Virus record (IMG/VR): IMGVR_UViG_3300032304_003098
Span: 45,578 to 109,577 of that record
Origin: a virus
Length of the DNA stretch: 64,000 nt
Reading direction: 5' to 3' (one strand)
Part shown: one piece after another, positions 17,471 to 27,392 of the stretch
How the letters are laid out: each line of letters starts with the position of its first letter
How positions within the stretch are numbered: position 1 is the first letter of the stretch
Notes under the pieces: generated by a model
The model's input: only the letters and a program-made list of their open reading frames with translations
Database searches by the model: none
What the model was told of the DNA's origin: nothing
Position numbers and translations under genes: made by a program

Positions 17471-19435
17471 ATGCCAAACAACAGTTCTTTTCAAGGAACA
17501 AACATTCCCACCTCAGGTAATACATTTTCTCTTGCAGATCAGAATTTAAATCCTTTGTTAAAGGATTATTGGTTTGGGTCAAGAGAAGCTTCTCAACAAG
17601 AGATTTCGAATGACATCGTTTCTAGATTTTCTAATCTAGGGTCGGTAAATCCCAACAAAGGGCCCACTGCCAGATCTCTTTTTTATAATGCTGCTAATTT
17701 ATATGGAGATGATGCCAAATTTGGACAATTTCTTTTTTATTCCTTTTCAAACAATTCAAATACTTTCCGTCAAGAATATTACCAATCTGAACAAACTCAG
17801 TTCAACGCCGCAATTTCTTCGGTAGCATCAAAAAATCCATCCGCCGGAGCTTTGGTCAGAGCCAGCAATGAAACCATGGCCTCTACCCAGCCAGGTCAGA
17901 TGGGAAACACAACCAACACCGGTAACAATACGATTGGCAATCCAGGTAAAATTATTGGTGGAGCATCTGCTCCTTATTATTGGAGAGACTTTTTGTATTG
18001 TAAATATTATGGAACAATTCCTAATAATTACATGATTACCCTGCGCAGATTCCCTGCTCCCATGAGGGATAATTTATCTCTTCCCCCCCAACTTAATCAA
18101 TCTGATGCTTTCAAAAAAGAGGGGGCTGGACGGCCGGTCGCTCAAGCAGTCACCTGGTGGGGTGGACAGACCGGAAACACTTTAAATGACATTTTGTCTT
18201 TTTCGACTGGTTTGAAATTTGACCCTAAAACTCAAGCAGAAATAGCTAAAGTTGAAGGTTTTGACCAAGGTTTTTTTAAATCAGTTTTGGGTAGAGCTTT
18301 GGGAACATCGGCTAATATTTTAGGAGGTGGTGCTTTATTTGGAGCCCTGGGCGACGTAGCTTCGGTGCTCATTTCTTCTACGGATTCTGGAAGGGGCGGA
18401 ATAACAATTCCAAAAATTAATAATGCTCTGAGGGATAAAATGCAAAATTCCAACAATGGTCCTTTATCAGATTTTATTTTTAATGCGGTAGATACGGTGG
18501 ATAAAACTTTGATGAGAGGCAGGGGTTTGACTTATGAAGCAGGACCCATTATACTCAAATTTCACTATGAGCTAACCTCCGTTGGAGAGGTAAATACCAA
18601 GGCTGCTTTGGTGGATATTATTGGAAATCTCCTAGGTCTGGGAACTAACTATGGAAATTTTTTAACTCCCGATGTTAGATATGACAACGGATTCCCTCCC
18701 ATAGGCTTTCCTGGGGGAGATAAAGGTTTGATGTCGTTTTATTCCGATCCTATCGGATGGGTCAAAACCACAATTAAATATTTGGCCGATCCCGATGGAA
18801 CCACCAATGATGATCCACAGGCTCAACAACTGAAAAAATTCACCAGCGACATTCAAAAATCTACAGCCCAAATCCAAACTATGTTAGCCCAGATTGAAGC
18901 AGGAGGAGGTGGAGCTCAGGCATTGGCGAAAGCGGTTGATGGACCTTTGGGTAACATTTTGGCCTATTCTTTGGCGGATGATCTAATTGAAAAATTCCAG
19001 GCGCCCTTATCCCTTAAAACTGGAGCACCTGTGGGGGAATGGCATCTGGTGGTGGGAAACCCCATGAATCCTATCGCAATGATTGGAAATTTGGCCTGCA
19101 CAAATTTGAACATTGATTTTGGTGAAGTGTTAGGTCCTGACGATTTTCCCACCGAAATTATAGCCACATTTACTCTGGAGCACGGCAGAGATCGTGAAAG
19201 AGGAGAAATTGAATCGATGTTTAATCGAGGTGATGGTAGATTGTACCAATCCACTTTGCCTACTTACTCTAACACACAGTCTCTATACAGCCAGGCTTTA
19301 ACGGATGGCCAATCTATCCCGGTTGATCCCAATGATTCTACTTTGGCTAATCCTTATTTATTTATCTCTAATTATGATTTCACCCCTGGAGCAATTCAAA
19401 ACAACGTGATTAGCCCCACCAATCCTACTCCATAA
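17471..19435 (+). CDS. putative baseplate/tail-tube initiator protein (T4 gp48-like)
   Basis: First gene of the hub cluster; tube-like C-terminal strands (NLACTNLNIDFG...DDFPTEIIATFTLE) and a Gly/Ala-rich helical insert; call rests mainly on synteny. Confidence 0.45.
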   Translation: MPNNSSFQGTNIPTSGNTFSLADQNLNPLLKDYWFGSREASQQEISNDIVSRFSNLGSVNPNKGPTARSLFYNAANLYGDDAKFGQFLFYSFSNNSNTFRQEYYQSEQTQFNAAISSVASKNPSAGALVRASNETMASTQPGQMGNTTNTGNNTIGNPGKIIGGASAPYYWRDFLYCKYYGTIPNNYMITLRRFPAPMRDNLSLPPQLNQSDAFKKEGAGRPVAQAVTWWGGQTGNTLNDILSFSTGLKFDPKTQAEIAKVEGFDQGFFKSVLGRALGTSANILGGGALFGALGDVASVLISSTDSGRGGITIPKINNALRDKMQNSNNGPLSDFIFNAVDTVDKTLMRGRGLTYEAGPIILKFHYELTSVGEVNTKAALVDIIGNLLGLGTNYGNFLTPDVRYDNGFPPIGFPGGDKGLMSFYSDPIGWVKTTIKYLADPDGTTNDDPQAQQLKKFTSDIQKSTAQIQTMLAQIEAGGGGAQALAKAVDGPLGNILAYSLADDLIEKFQAPLSLKTGAPVGEWHLVVGNPMNPIAMIGNLACTNLNIDFGEVLGPDDFPTEIIATFTLEHGRDRERGEIESMFNRGDGRLYQSTLPTYSNTQSLYSQALTDGQSIPVDPNDSTLANPYLFISNYDFTPGAIQNNVISPTNPTP

Positions 19436-19439
19436 ACTC

Positions 19440-20039
19440 ATGTTAAATATAGATACTTTATTTAGAAATAAAACCATCTTTAATCCTAACCGAGATTTAC
19501 AAAGTAACGGCATCGGTATTTGGGATCTAACCGCAGGTTCCATGGATTTTAGAAACATCAACCTGAAGATCAATCGTTATTTTTTGGTTCGGGAGGAATT
19601 TCAGATGAGACCAGATCAGCTGGCTTTTCAGGCCTTCGGTGACATTTCTTTAACTGGATCTCTGATGAAAATTAATGGGATCTCAAATCCTTTCGCCTTA
19701 AAGGAAGGTAATTTGATTGTGGTGGCCAAAAAAGAAAGAATAGATGCTGCCTTCACTCTTAAACAGGCAACTTTACTCCAGTCTAACACAACCCAGAATC
19801 CAAACCAACAATTCAGAAATATACAAGAACAAAAGAAATTTCAAATCTCTAACTCCAGACAGAAATTTTTAGAACAGAGGGCAAAAGCAAAAAACGCACC
19901 CGAGCAGATTTTACCACCAAACTTTACCCAGCCCGGAGAAAGACAAACTGTTAGAACTAACGTGGTTATTGGCTTGGCACCAGACGTCAGCAATGCACCA
20001 GCCAATCCGGCCGGCAATCTGAATTCTACACCGAATTAA
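19440..20039 (+). CDS. gp53: baseplate wedge protein with LysM-like domain (T4 gp53-like)
   Basis: MRPDQLAFQAFG...LMKINGISNPFALKEGNLIVV pattern. Confidence 0.75.
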   Translation: MLNIDTLFRNKTIFNPNRDLQSNGIGIWDLTAGSMDFRNINLKINRYFLVREEFQMRPDQLAFQAFGDISLTGSLMKINGISNPFALKEGNLIVVAKKERIDAAFTLKQATLLQSNTTQNPNQQFRNIQEQKKFQISNSRQKFLEQRAKAKNAPEQILPPNFTQPGERQTVRTNVVIGLAPDVSNAPANPAGNLNSTPN

Positions 20040-20041
20040 AG

Positions 20042-21544
20042 ATGGCAGCAGATCAAATCATCATCAACAATCTGGCTCGAACCAGTATTCAGTTAGATCA
20101 GCTGGTAGTTCCCAACAGAACTGGGGGAGAAAATCAGGGTTTAGATGATGCCTTGATGGATGCCGATGATAAATCTTTTGGCGGATATAGACCAGTAGTT
20201 TTCATCAACGGGTATTTTGTAGACAAATATCTTTCCCATTTGGAATTGGATATGACCGGATTTTTACCCGAAATTAGATTTCAATTCTCGATGGATAATC
20301 CCATGTTTTTAAACATAAATTATCCTAAAGATGGAGATATAGTTTCTGTTTATTTCCGAAGTTGGGTTTCTGTTTATCGTCCTCTCAGGATGGACTTTAA
20401 CATTTTAACTGTCAAATCCGGCGTTTCTGAAAACCCGGAAGGGACAAATATTACTTTCAATATTCTCGGTGAATGCCGAATCCCTGCCCTGTATAACGAG
20501 GTTTCAAAGGCTTTTAGAAATTCCACTTCTTATGATGTTCTATTTCAGGTTTCTCAGGATCTTGATTTGGGATTTTCTGCCAATGAAACAGAAGTTGTGG
20601 ATACCATGACTTGGATTTGTCCCAACATGTCTTACTATGATTTCATCAGAGAGGTTGTGTCTAGATCCTATAAAGATGACCGCAGTTTTTTCACGGCTTT
20701 TATTGATTGCTATTACAATCTAAACTTTGTCAATCTCAACAATCAAATTACCACCTCTGATGTGATTCAAGAGTGTCGAGTTGTAAGAGGTTCTGCAACA
20801 GGCACAGCGGATGATACCGCCTTTGCTAAAACGGAGTTATCTGAGCAATTAATTCCCTTGGTTTTGACCAATGAAAAAGGAAACGCAGATTTACCCACAT
20901 ATATTCAAGGTTACACTCTTATTTCAAATGCTGGCAATATCACCAACCATCAAGGCTATATCCACGAAGTTCAATTTTGGGACGAAGGTCTGATCACAGA
21001 AAATGAAATAGAAAAATACATCAGATACACAGTTGAAACCATCACAACAGAGAATATAGGAGAAAACATGATTTTACAAAGGGGAAGAGCAAAAGAAAAA
21101 ATATATCAAAGAGAATACAGGAAAAATTGGTATGGAATTCTCAATAATTTTCAAGATGGCGGGGTGCATGAAAATTTCATCCAGGCCCTAGTGCAAAATG
21201 AAATTAACAATGACGACATAAGGAAATTCACCTTGAAGGTTGAAACAGCTTCTTATTATGGGGGCATATACCGAGGAATGGCAATTCCAGTCTTCATCTA
21301 TGTGAATGATCAAGGTAAAAGAAAAGAGAACACCGGTGCGAATAACAACCAAAACCCAGAGCAAGACATAAACCCGGTTATGGATAGATTTCTGTCTGGT
21401 GTTTACATCGTCATGGGAATGAAGGTAAATTATGATTCTTTCCGGGGTATTTACATGCAGTTGGATTTGTGTAAGAGAGAATGGATTTTGAATAGTGCTG
21501 GGGAATTCCCTAAGGCATTCCCGATCAATTTAATTACAGGATAA
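20042..21544 (+). CDS. baseplate hub protein (T4 gp27 / late control D-like)
   Basis: Position between the gp53-like gene and the spike; WICPN..YDFI, FIDCYYNLNFVNL and C-terminal LSGVYIVMGMKVNY hub-type motifs. Confidence 0.6.
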   Translation: MAADQIIINNLARTSIQLDQLVVPNRTGGENQGLDDALMDADDKSFGGYRPVVFINGYFVDKYLSHLELDMTGFLPEIRFQFSMDNPMFLNINYPKDGDIVSVYFRSWVSVYRPLRMDFNILTVKSGVSENPEGTNITFNILGECRIPALYNEVSKAFRNSTSYDVLFQVSQDLDLGFSANETEVVDTMTWICPNMSYYDFIREVVSRSYKDDRSFFTAFIDCYYNLNFVNLNNQITTSDVIQECRVVRGSATGTADDTAFAKTELSEQLIPLVLTNEKGNADLPTYIQGYTLISNAGNITNHQGYIHEVQFWDEGLITENEIEKYIRYTVETITTENIGENMILQRGRAKEKIYQREYRKNWYGILNNFQDGGVHENFIQALVQNEINNDDIRKFTLKVETASYYGGIYRGMAIPVFIYVNDQGKRKENTGANNNQNPEQDINPVMDRFLSGVYIVMGMKVNYDSFRGIYMQLDLCKREWILNSAGEFPKAFPINLITG

Positions 21545-21552
21545 ATAAGAAC

Positions 21553-23913
21553 ATGGGAATTCAGGCCACAGACAGAAATAGAAATTTGTTTTTGAAAGGA
21601 TTTAGACTTTCAGATCAAGGAAAAAATGAGGATCCCACATATTTGGGTTTCAAGTTTGTCTTTGATTTTGGTACCTTACCTGTAAATCCTGAATATGGTT
21701 GGGCTCCGAGTCCATTGCTGCGAATCGCCAATTATACCGCCGGCAATGGAGCAGGGATGGCCTCAGGACTTGAAAACCCTTTTGGACAACCTGCTTACAA
21801 TTTAGGTGGACCTATTTATTATTCCACTTACAATTATTTGTTACAAAGAGAAGGAGCTTTTGGATCAGAATCCGATAGCATCAAAAGAGCCAATGCTCTG
21901 CGACAATTTCAGGTTTTATTGAACAATATCAATAATAATTCTCCTTGGTTTTTCCAATCCATTGAAGGATTAGATAAATTAGATAAAATTACCAGAACTG
22001 GTTTCCAAGATGAAGCGGGTTTTGATGGATTCAATCCTCAAAAAACAGACGGTAAAACTTTAACAATTGGTTGCTTAGAATCCTTGAATTTGAGGATTTC
22101 TGCCTTGGCCGATTTATACGAAACTGCTATGTTCGATGCCGATAACATGAGATGGCTAGTGCCCAGAAATTTGAGAAAATTCACGATGTATATTTTCGTG
22201 ACGGAAATTAGGAATTTCTTTAAAACCTCTAGACTAACTGGTGCGTCAACTGTTTTGGCTTCTTTAGATAATTTATCTAATGTTTTAACCACCAATCGCA
22301 ATCCTGGTTCTAATATTCAAAATCTGGGAATAGAGGACCCCATCGAAAATGTGTCCGGAAATCCAGGCAACTCTTTTACCAGTTTTGTGTCGAATGTGTT
22401 TGGTCAATCTGGTTTACAAAATGATGTGCAGGCTTTCCGCAACCAACAAGATCAAAGTGGCATCAAACCCGTTTTTATTTATGAGTGTCACCAGTGTGAA
22501 TTTGATTTTAGCACCAGCACTCCTCTAGCTTCGACAATTGATATGGGTAGCTCCTCGGCAGATTCACTCATGGCCAAGCAAAGTTTTAAGATTCACGTGG
22601 GCAAGGTCAGAATGAAAAATCAATATCCCAACATTCGAAACGATAAAAACCCCTTGATTCTAGCAGATGGTGCATACCAATCAAGATCCTCTGTACAAAC
22701 TGCTGCTTTAACTTTGGAAACCATCGCCAGCCAAGCTAATGAATTGATCACCAATTTTACTTCTGCTGCTGTCAACGATTTGGTTAATGAAGGGGTCAAC
22801 CAATTTGTCAATCCCGCTTTGTCTGGGTTAAACCAATCCCTCCTAGGCAACATTTATTCGTTCAATCCATCTCAAATTGGAAGAATGGTTACTCCAGGTG
22901 GATTCAACTTCAACGATGCTCAAAATTTCCTCAATGGAGCAGCGTCAACTGGGATAGATAACATTTTTAAGGGCAATTTACCCAACCCGCAAAAGGTGGG
23001 ATTGGGAGGTCCACCAGAAAGAGCCTACCCCCCAATTTCTCCTCCGGAAGACGTGTATCCCAGAGTTCCTGGTACTGATTTAGGAGCTCCAGGTAGAGTT
23101 TATCCACCCCCTACTGGAGACGTGTATGATTCTGTACCTGGCCAGGATTTAGGACCACCTGATAGAGTTTATCCCGTTCCTACAGGAGATGTTTATGATA
23201 CGGTGCCTGGACTCGATTTAGGACCACCAGATCGGGTTTATCCACGACCTGTTGGGGATGTTTACCCGGATGTACCAGGGACAGATCTGGGAGTTCCTGA
23301 TCGAGTTTATCCAAATCCAGTGGGAGATGTTTATGACCAAGTTCCTGGTTCAGATCTCGGTGTTCCTGATCGAGTGTATCCAGTTACAAGTGGGGATGTA
23401 TACGAGGATGTACCTGGGCCAGATCTAGGAGTTCCCGATCGAGTTTATCCTATTCCCGGAGGAGATGTTTATACGGATGTTTCAGGTAGAGATTTGGGTG
23501 TACCTGATAGGGTTTATCCCACTGATCCCATAGGGGACATTTATTCTGGTGTACCTGGACCGGATTTGGGAGTTCCTGATCGGGTTTATCCCATCACTCG
23601 AGGAGATGTTTATACAGAAAACAACTTTACGGACTCTTTGCCACGTGAACAAGTTTACGCTCCTAGCACTTTTGCAAATATAGCAGGAGAGCTTAGAGCC
23701 AGAGAAAATTCTTTTACTGAACCCCCTGGATCTGTGTATGAGATTCCGAGGGCAAGGCCTATTCAAGGTGGACTGGGTGATGTTTATCCTCCCACAGTAG
23801 GAGATTTTATTTTAGAGCCTCCTTTGAATTTAGGAAACATGAAACCTTCTACTAAATTCAACCCTAGTTTAGGTACTTTTAATCCCACCGAAGAAATAGA
23901 AGACGAACAGTAA
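21553..23913 (+). CDS. tail-tube-fold baseplate protein (gp54/gp19-like) with a C-terminal Pro/Asp-rich repeat
   Basis: LTIGCLESLNLRI...LRKFTMYIFVTEIR tube-like pattern; 23-aa repeats in the C-terminal third. Confidence 0.5.
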   Translation: MGIQATDRNRNLFLKGFRLSDQGKNEDPTYLGFKFVFDFGTLPVNPEYGWAPSPLLRIANYTAGNGAGMASGLENPFGQPAYNLGGPIYYSTYNYLLQREGAFGSESDSIKRANALRQFQVLLNNINNNSPWFFQSIEGLDKLDKITRTGFQDEAGFDGFNPQKTDGKTLTIGCLESLNLRISALADLYETAMFDADNMRWLVPRNLRKFTMYIFVTEIRNFFKTSRLTGASTVLASLDNLSNVLTTNRNPGSNIQNLGIEDPIENVSGNPGNSFTSFVSNVFGQSGLQNDVQAFRNQQDQSGIKPVFIYECHQCEFDFSTSTPLASTIDMGSSSADSLMAKQSFKIHVGKVRMKNQYPNIRNDKNPLILADGAYQSRSSVQTAALTLETIASQANELITNFTSAAVNDLVNEGVNQFVNPALSGLNQSLLGNIYSFNPSQIGRMVTPGGFNFNDAQNFLNGAASTGIDNIFKGNLPNPQKVGLGGPPERAYPPISPPEDVYPRVPGTDLGAPGRVYPPPTGDVYDSVPGQDLGPPDRVYPVPTGDVYDTVPGLDLGPPDRVYPRPVGDVYPDVPGTDLGVPDRVYPNPVGDVYDQVPGSDLGVPDRVYPVTSGDVYEDVPGPDLGVPDRVYPIPGGDVYTDVSGRDLGVPDRVYPTDPIGDIYSGVPGPDLGVPDRVYPITRGDVYTENNFTDSLPREQVYAPSTFANIAGELRARENSFTEPPGSVYEIPRARPIQGGLGDVYPPTVGDFILEPPLNLGNMKPSTKFNPSLGTFNPTEEIEDEQ
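23047..23601 (+). repeat. 8 x ~69-bp coding tandem repeat (23-aa unit GDVYxDVPGxDLGVPDRVYPxxx)
   Basis: Counted directly; seven 23-aa units and one 24-aa unit. Confidence 0.95.
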
Positions 23914-24581
23914 TGCCAAGCCCCCGTTTTTATTTAGGACAGGTTGTAGATATCAACGATCCCAGAAAATCTGGCCGAGCTAGAATCAGAGTTTTTGGAT
24001 TGTTTGATGGTTTGGAGGACCAGGACATTCCGTGGGCTAGTCAAATCAGCGGATTATCTTTTGGGAAAGGCGGAGCTGGTACCATCTCTATCCCTAAATT
24101 AGGAGCGGTTGTTGTTGTCCAGTTCGATGGACAGAATTATTACAAGATGAACTATTATGGAGAGAAGGACTATGCCCAGGACATGTTAGCCGAGATTGCT
24201 GACTCCTATGAAGGAGCCCAAGTTCTCGTGTATGACACAGAGGCTGAGCCTGGACCTTTAACATTATTTTACACTAAAAAAAAGGGAGCTGTTTTTTCTC
24301 TGGGAAATGCTAAAATTCAATTGGATACTCAAGATGGTGGTCAGCTGAGAATCGTAATTGAAATGGGGCAAGACCAAATTCGGATGGAAAATAACAAAGT
24401 GATTATTAACTCTAATAATATAGAACTGGGCGAAGCTGCCATCGAGGCAGTGATTAAAGGGAATACCTTTCAAACTTATTTTAATTCACACACCCATGTT
24501 GGTAATCTGGGTGCTCCCACTTCTCCTCCCGTGGTTCCTTCTACTCCTGACCATCTTTCTACGGTGAGTAAAACTAGATAA
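23913..24581 (+). CDS. gp5: baseplate central spike (gp5 N-terminal OB fold / P2 gpV-like)
   Basis: YLGQVVDINDPRKSGRARIRVFG...IPWA...IPKLGAVVVVQF OB-fold motif; C-terminal HTH (HxH) tip. Confidence 0.85.
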   Translation: MPSPRFYLGQVVDINDPRKSGRARIRVFGLFDGLEDQDIPWASQISGLSFGKGGAGTISIPKLGAVVVVQFDGQNYYKMNYYGEKDYAQDMLAEIADSYEGAQVLVYDTEAEPGPLTLFYTKKKGAVFSLGNAKIQLDTQDGGQLRIVIEMGQDQIRMENNKVIINSNNIELGEAAIEAVIKGNTFQTYFNSHTHVGNLGAPTSPPVVPSTPDHLSTVSKTR

Positions 24582-24583
24582 TT

Positions 24584-27331
24584 ATGCTAATTCCAAAATG
24601 TTTAACAGACCAGCAAATTTCCAATTTTGTAGACAGGGTCAATGAAACGGCTGATGAAATCATAGTAGACAGCAAATTCGAAATACCCAGACCCGAATTA
24701 CCTGGGCTAGGTTTATTGGTGAAGCTCCAAATTAGAATTTTTGAAAAATCAATCCTCAGCAATCTAGCCCCTATTTTAATAGGTAAACAAATTTTAGAAG
24801 AAGCTTTCAAACGATTGAATGTTCTAGGTTACATTAGAGAAAGATTAAATGAATTAAGAACCTTTTTTTCGAATCCAATCCAGTTTCTTTTGGACCAAGG
24901 AGTGAATAACCCATTAGCCGAAGATTTTCCTTTCCCTGTTGCTTTGCTCTTTGGCAACAGGTCTTCCGGAGGAAATACACAAACATTGTTAAGAGAAATT
25001 GAGACTGTCCCTACCGAAATAACTTCTTCTGATCTTCTTTTCAATTACAAAATTGAATTTAATTCCATCTTAGATCCAGAATCCGGGATCATCACAACTC
25101 CCAACGATTCTCTGGAAACTTTAAGACAAATGAAAATTAACTTCGTCAGTGAAAATGGTGAAACTGATTCTCCATTGGTTTTTCTCAAACCTGGAGATTA
25201 TTTTTCGTTAGATTTCGAAAATTTTACCAACACATTCAGAGTTTCCTCTGTTGATTTGGGAACAAACTTTGTTTCACTTTTTTTTCAATTGGAGGCAAGT
25301 TCTTCCCAAAGTCTTGGAACACAAGAAGAAAAAGTTTTTGTGCCCGGATTTTCAAATGCTTCCTTGAGACTATCAAGAAAAATAAACTTAAGACAATTTC
25401 TTACTCCCGATGGTTTTTTAAGAATCCCATTTTCTGCTTTGGGTATCAATCTCCCGTTAATAGATAGAATTTCTTTAGAACTTGGAAATTTTGATCGACT
25501 TTCGGAAAACAATCCAACTTATAAATTTATTAAAGACCTTGAGGCCAGGACCAATTTGGATTTCTCCAAAGTCTTAGGGGATATGATCGATGGAATTTTC
25601 CCGGTAATTGATTGGGAAGAAATTCAAAAAGATCCTACATTAAGAAATGCCCAAGAAGTAGCCAAATTAGAATTATTGAATTTGGCTCGTTTTCTTCAAA
25701 TTGGAACTGAAAATCCCTTTTTTCTAATTAAAATTATTTTGAATTATTTGAAATTGTTGCTGTTGCCTATTTCTGTTTTCATCTCCGTTATTCAAACAGT
25801 GGCTTCACAAATTTCCAACCCAATTTCTTTAATTAAAACTGTTTTCAAAATTATATCAAATCCAATAAGGTTTTTATGTGATATAATTTCTGATGCTTTT
25901 TTAAAATTTCTTCGTCCCTATTTAGAACCTCCGCTAATACCTTTGATCCCGTGGAATGAACTTGTACAAGATCCAAATGATCGAGGTAGAGGACTCAAGC
26001 CTTTATTTTCTGATCTTATTTGTGGGTCTTTTGATAGAAAATTAAACTCATATAAACCAGATGCAAATTTCTTTGTTCGGGAGTCATCTAAGTTACAAAC
26101 TTTACCTGGAGAAAGTCCAATCGTGCAATTGAGTTATAATTTAACCCAAAATCCTATCCCAGAGTTGGGAGAGGTTAGTTTACAATCCCAAATTCTGAAC
26201 CAAAATAGTTCTATGAGATTTAGCACAATCACAGATACGGTAGAAAATGGTTTGGCTTATTTGGCTTCTCTTAAAGTAGGGGACACGTTTTATTTGAGTT
26301 CAAATGGACAATTTCAAAATTTTAGAGTTACTGCCAAAAACTTATTGGAATTTAATCAGCAATCATATTTCGATTTCCTTGTGCAGCCTGTGGATGTGGT
26401 TGAAGTTTATGGAAATTCAGAAAATCAACAACTTCAATCTGCCTATAATGGGATAGTTTCTGACCAATTTAAAGCCTCTATTAGTGTGAATAATCCCAAT
26501 AAAACTTTTCTGTTTATTTTGGAGAGATACTTACCCCTTAAAGCTATTGCAGCCTGGGAAAGTATCAAAGGATTATTCTCGATCACTGTTGCTTTGGCTG
26601 CTCAAATTCCCCGTTTAATCCCATTGTGTTTTACCTGTATTTTCTCTCAAAATAAACCAAATCAAAATCCTATTTCTCAAACACAAGAGGCTTCCGGAGA
26701 TTTACTCCAAGGTTTGATTTCTTCGTTAGGCATTGAAACCGATCCAAATAGGAACAACTTTGGGGAATATAAATCGGGAGAGGCTAGAGAGATTTCTCAA
26801 GAATTTTTTAGAGACATTTTATTGAGAGAGATTTATCCAGGGCAGCCGGGGGGTTCCGAAAATGCACCTAATACGGAAGGAGGGATTCAAGAAGTCCTTC
26901 TGGATCTTCAAAAAATAAGACAAGAGGAGGGAAAGCCTATTTCTGTTTTCAGAAGAAATTTACCAGCGGAATTTCAATCTAACTTCCGTTGGGATTCTTT
27001 AACTTTAAATCAAATCGGGGAGAATCTGAAAGTTCTTTCCAGAGTAGCATACGAACTTTCTTTTAGAGCAACTGACAGAAGCCAAAGTGATTTGGTTGAT
27101 AAATCGATTCCTATCACAGTATGGGCTTTGAACGAAAATGGAGAAGGTGAGTTCAAGTTAATCAACAACGGTCAACTATTTCAATCTTTTCTGGATTATT
27201 CTTTTTTCAGAAATTATGATCCTGAAATACCCACAACTGAAAATAGGTTTGAAGCAAGATTTGTGAGGTATTATGTTCAATACAATTTTAGGTTCGCCAA
27301 AGATATTTTATTACCTGCTCTTCAAAATTAA
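24584..27331 (+). CDS. large structural protein adjacent to the spike
   Basis: 915-aa ORF; hydrophobic helical segments alternate with two copies of a beta-rich module. Confidence 0.6.
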   Translation: MLIPKCLTDQQISNFVDRVNETADEIIVDSKFEIPRPELPGLGLLVKLQIRIFEKSILSNLAPILIGKQILEEAFKRLNVLGYIRERLNELRTFFSNPIQFLLDQGVNNPLAEDFPFPVALLFGNRSSGGNTQTLLREIETVPTEITSSDLLFNYKIEFNSILDPESGIITTPNDSLETLRQMKINFVSENGETDSPLVFLKPGDYFSLDFENFTNTFRVSSVDLGTNFVSLFFQLEASSSQSLGTQEEKVFVPGFSNASLRLSRKINLRQFLTPDGFLRIPFSALGINLPLIDRISLELGNFDRLSENNPTYKFIKDLEARTNLDFSKVLGDMIDGIFPVIDWEEIQKDPTLRNAQEVAKLELLNLARFLQIGTENPFFLIKIILNYLKLLLLPISVFISVIQTVASQISNPISLIKTVFKIISNPIRFLCDIISDAFLKFLRPYLEPPLIPLIPWNELVQDPNDRGRGLKPLFSDLICGSFDRKLNSYKPDANFFVRESSKLQTLPGESPIVQLSYNLTQNPIPELGEVSLQSQILNQNSSMRFSTITDTVENGLAYLASLKVGDTFYLSSNGQFQNFRVTAKNLLEFNQQSYFDFLVQPVDVVEVYGNSENQQLQSAYNGIVSDQFKASISVNNPNKTFLFILERYLPLKAIAAWESIKGLFSITVALAAQIPRLIPLCFTCIFSQNKPNQNPISQTQEASGDLLQGLISSLGIETDPNRNNFGEYKSGEAREISQEFFRDILLREIYPGQPGGSENAPNTEGGIQEVLLDLQKIRQEEGKPISVFRRNLPAEFQSNFRWDSLTLNQIGENLKVLSRVAYELSFRATDRSQSDLVDKSIPITVWALNENGEGEFKLINNGQLFQSFLDYSFFRNYDPEIPTTENRFEARFVRYYVQYNFRFAKDILLPALQN

Positions 27332-27360
27332 GATTTCGTTTTTAGTTTAGGTTTTGAAAA

Positions 27361-27368
27361 GATATATA
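27361..27368 (+). promoter_or_regulatory. putative late promoter GATATATA
   Basis: 24 nt before ATG 27393. Confidence 0.65.
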
Positions 27369-27392
27369 GATTGTCTTTTTAAACCTAAAAAA

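Noticed and set aside
21540-21547. GATAAATA, close to the T4 late box, before ORF 21553
   Set aside because: Only 5 nt from the ATG and overlapping the upstream stop; does not fit the 16-29 nt spacing of the other sites
1044-23601. 42-bp and 69-bp repeat arrays as CRISPR arrays or non-coding repeats
   Set aside because: Units are in-frame multiples of 3, vary mainly at synonymous positions, have no unique spacers, and no cas genes are present
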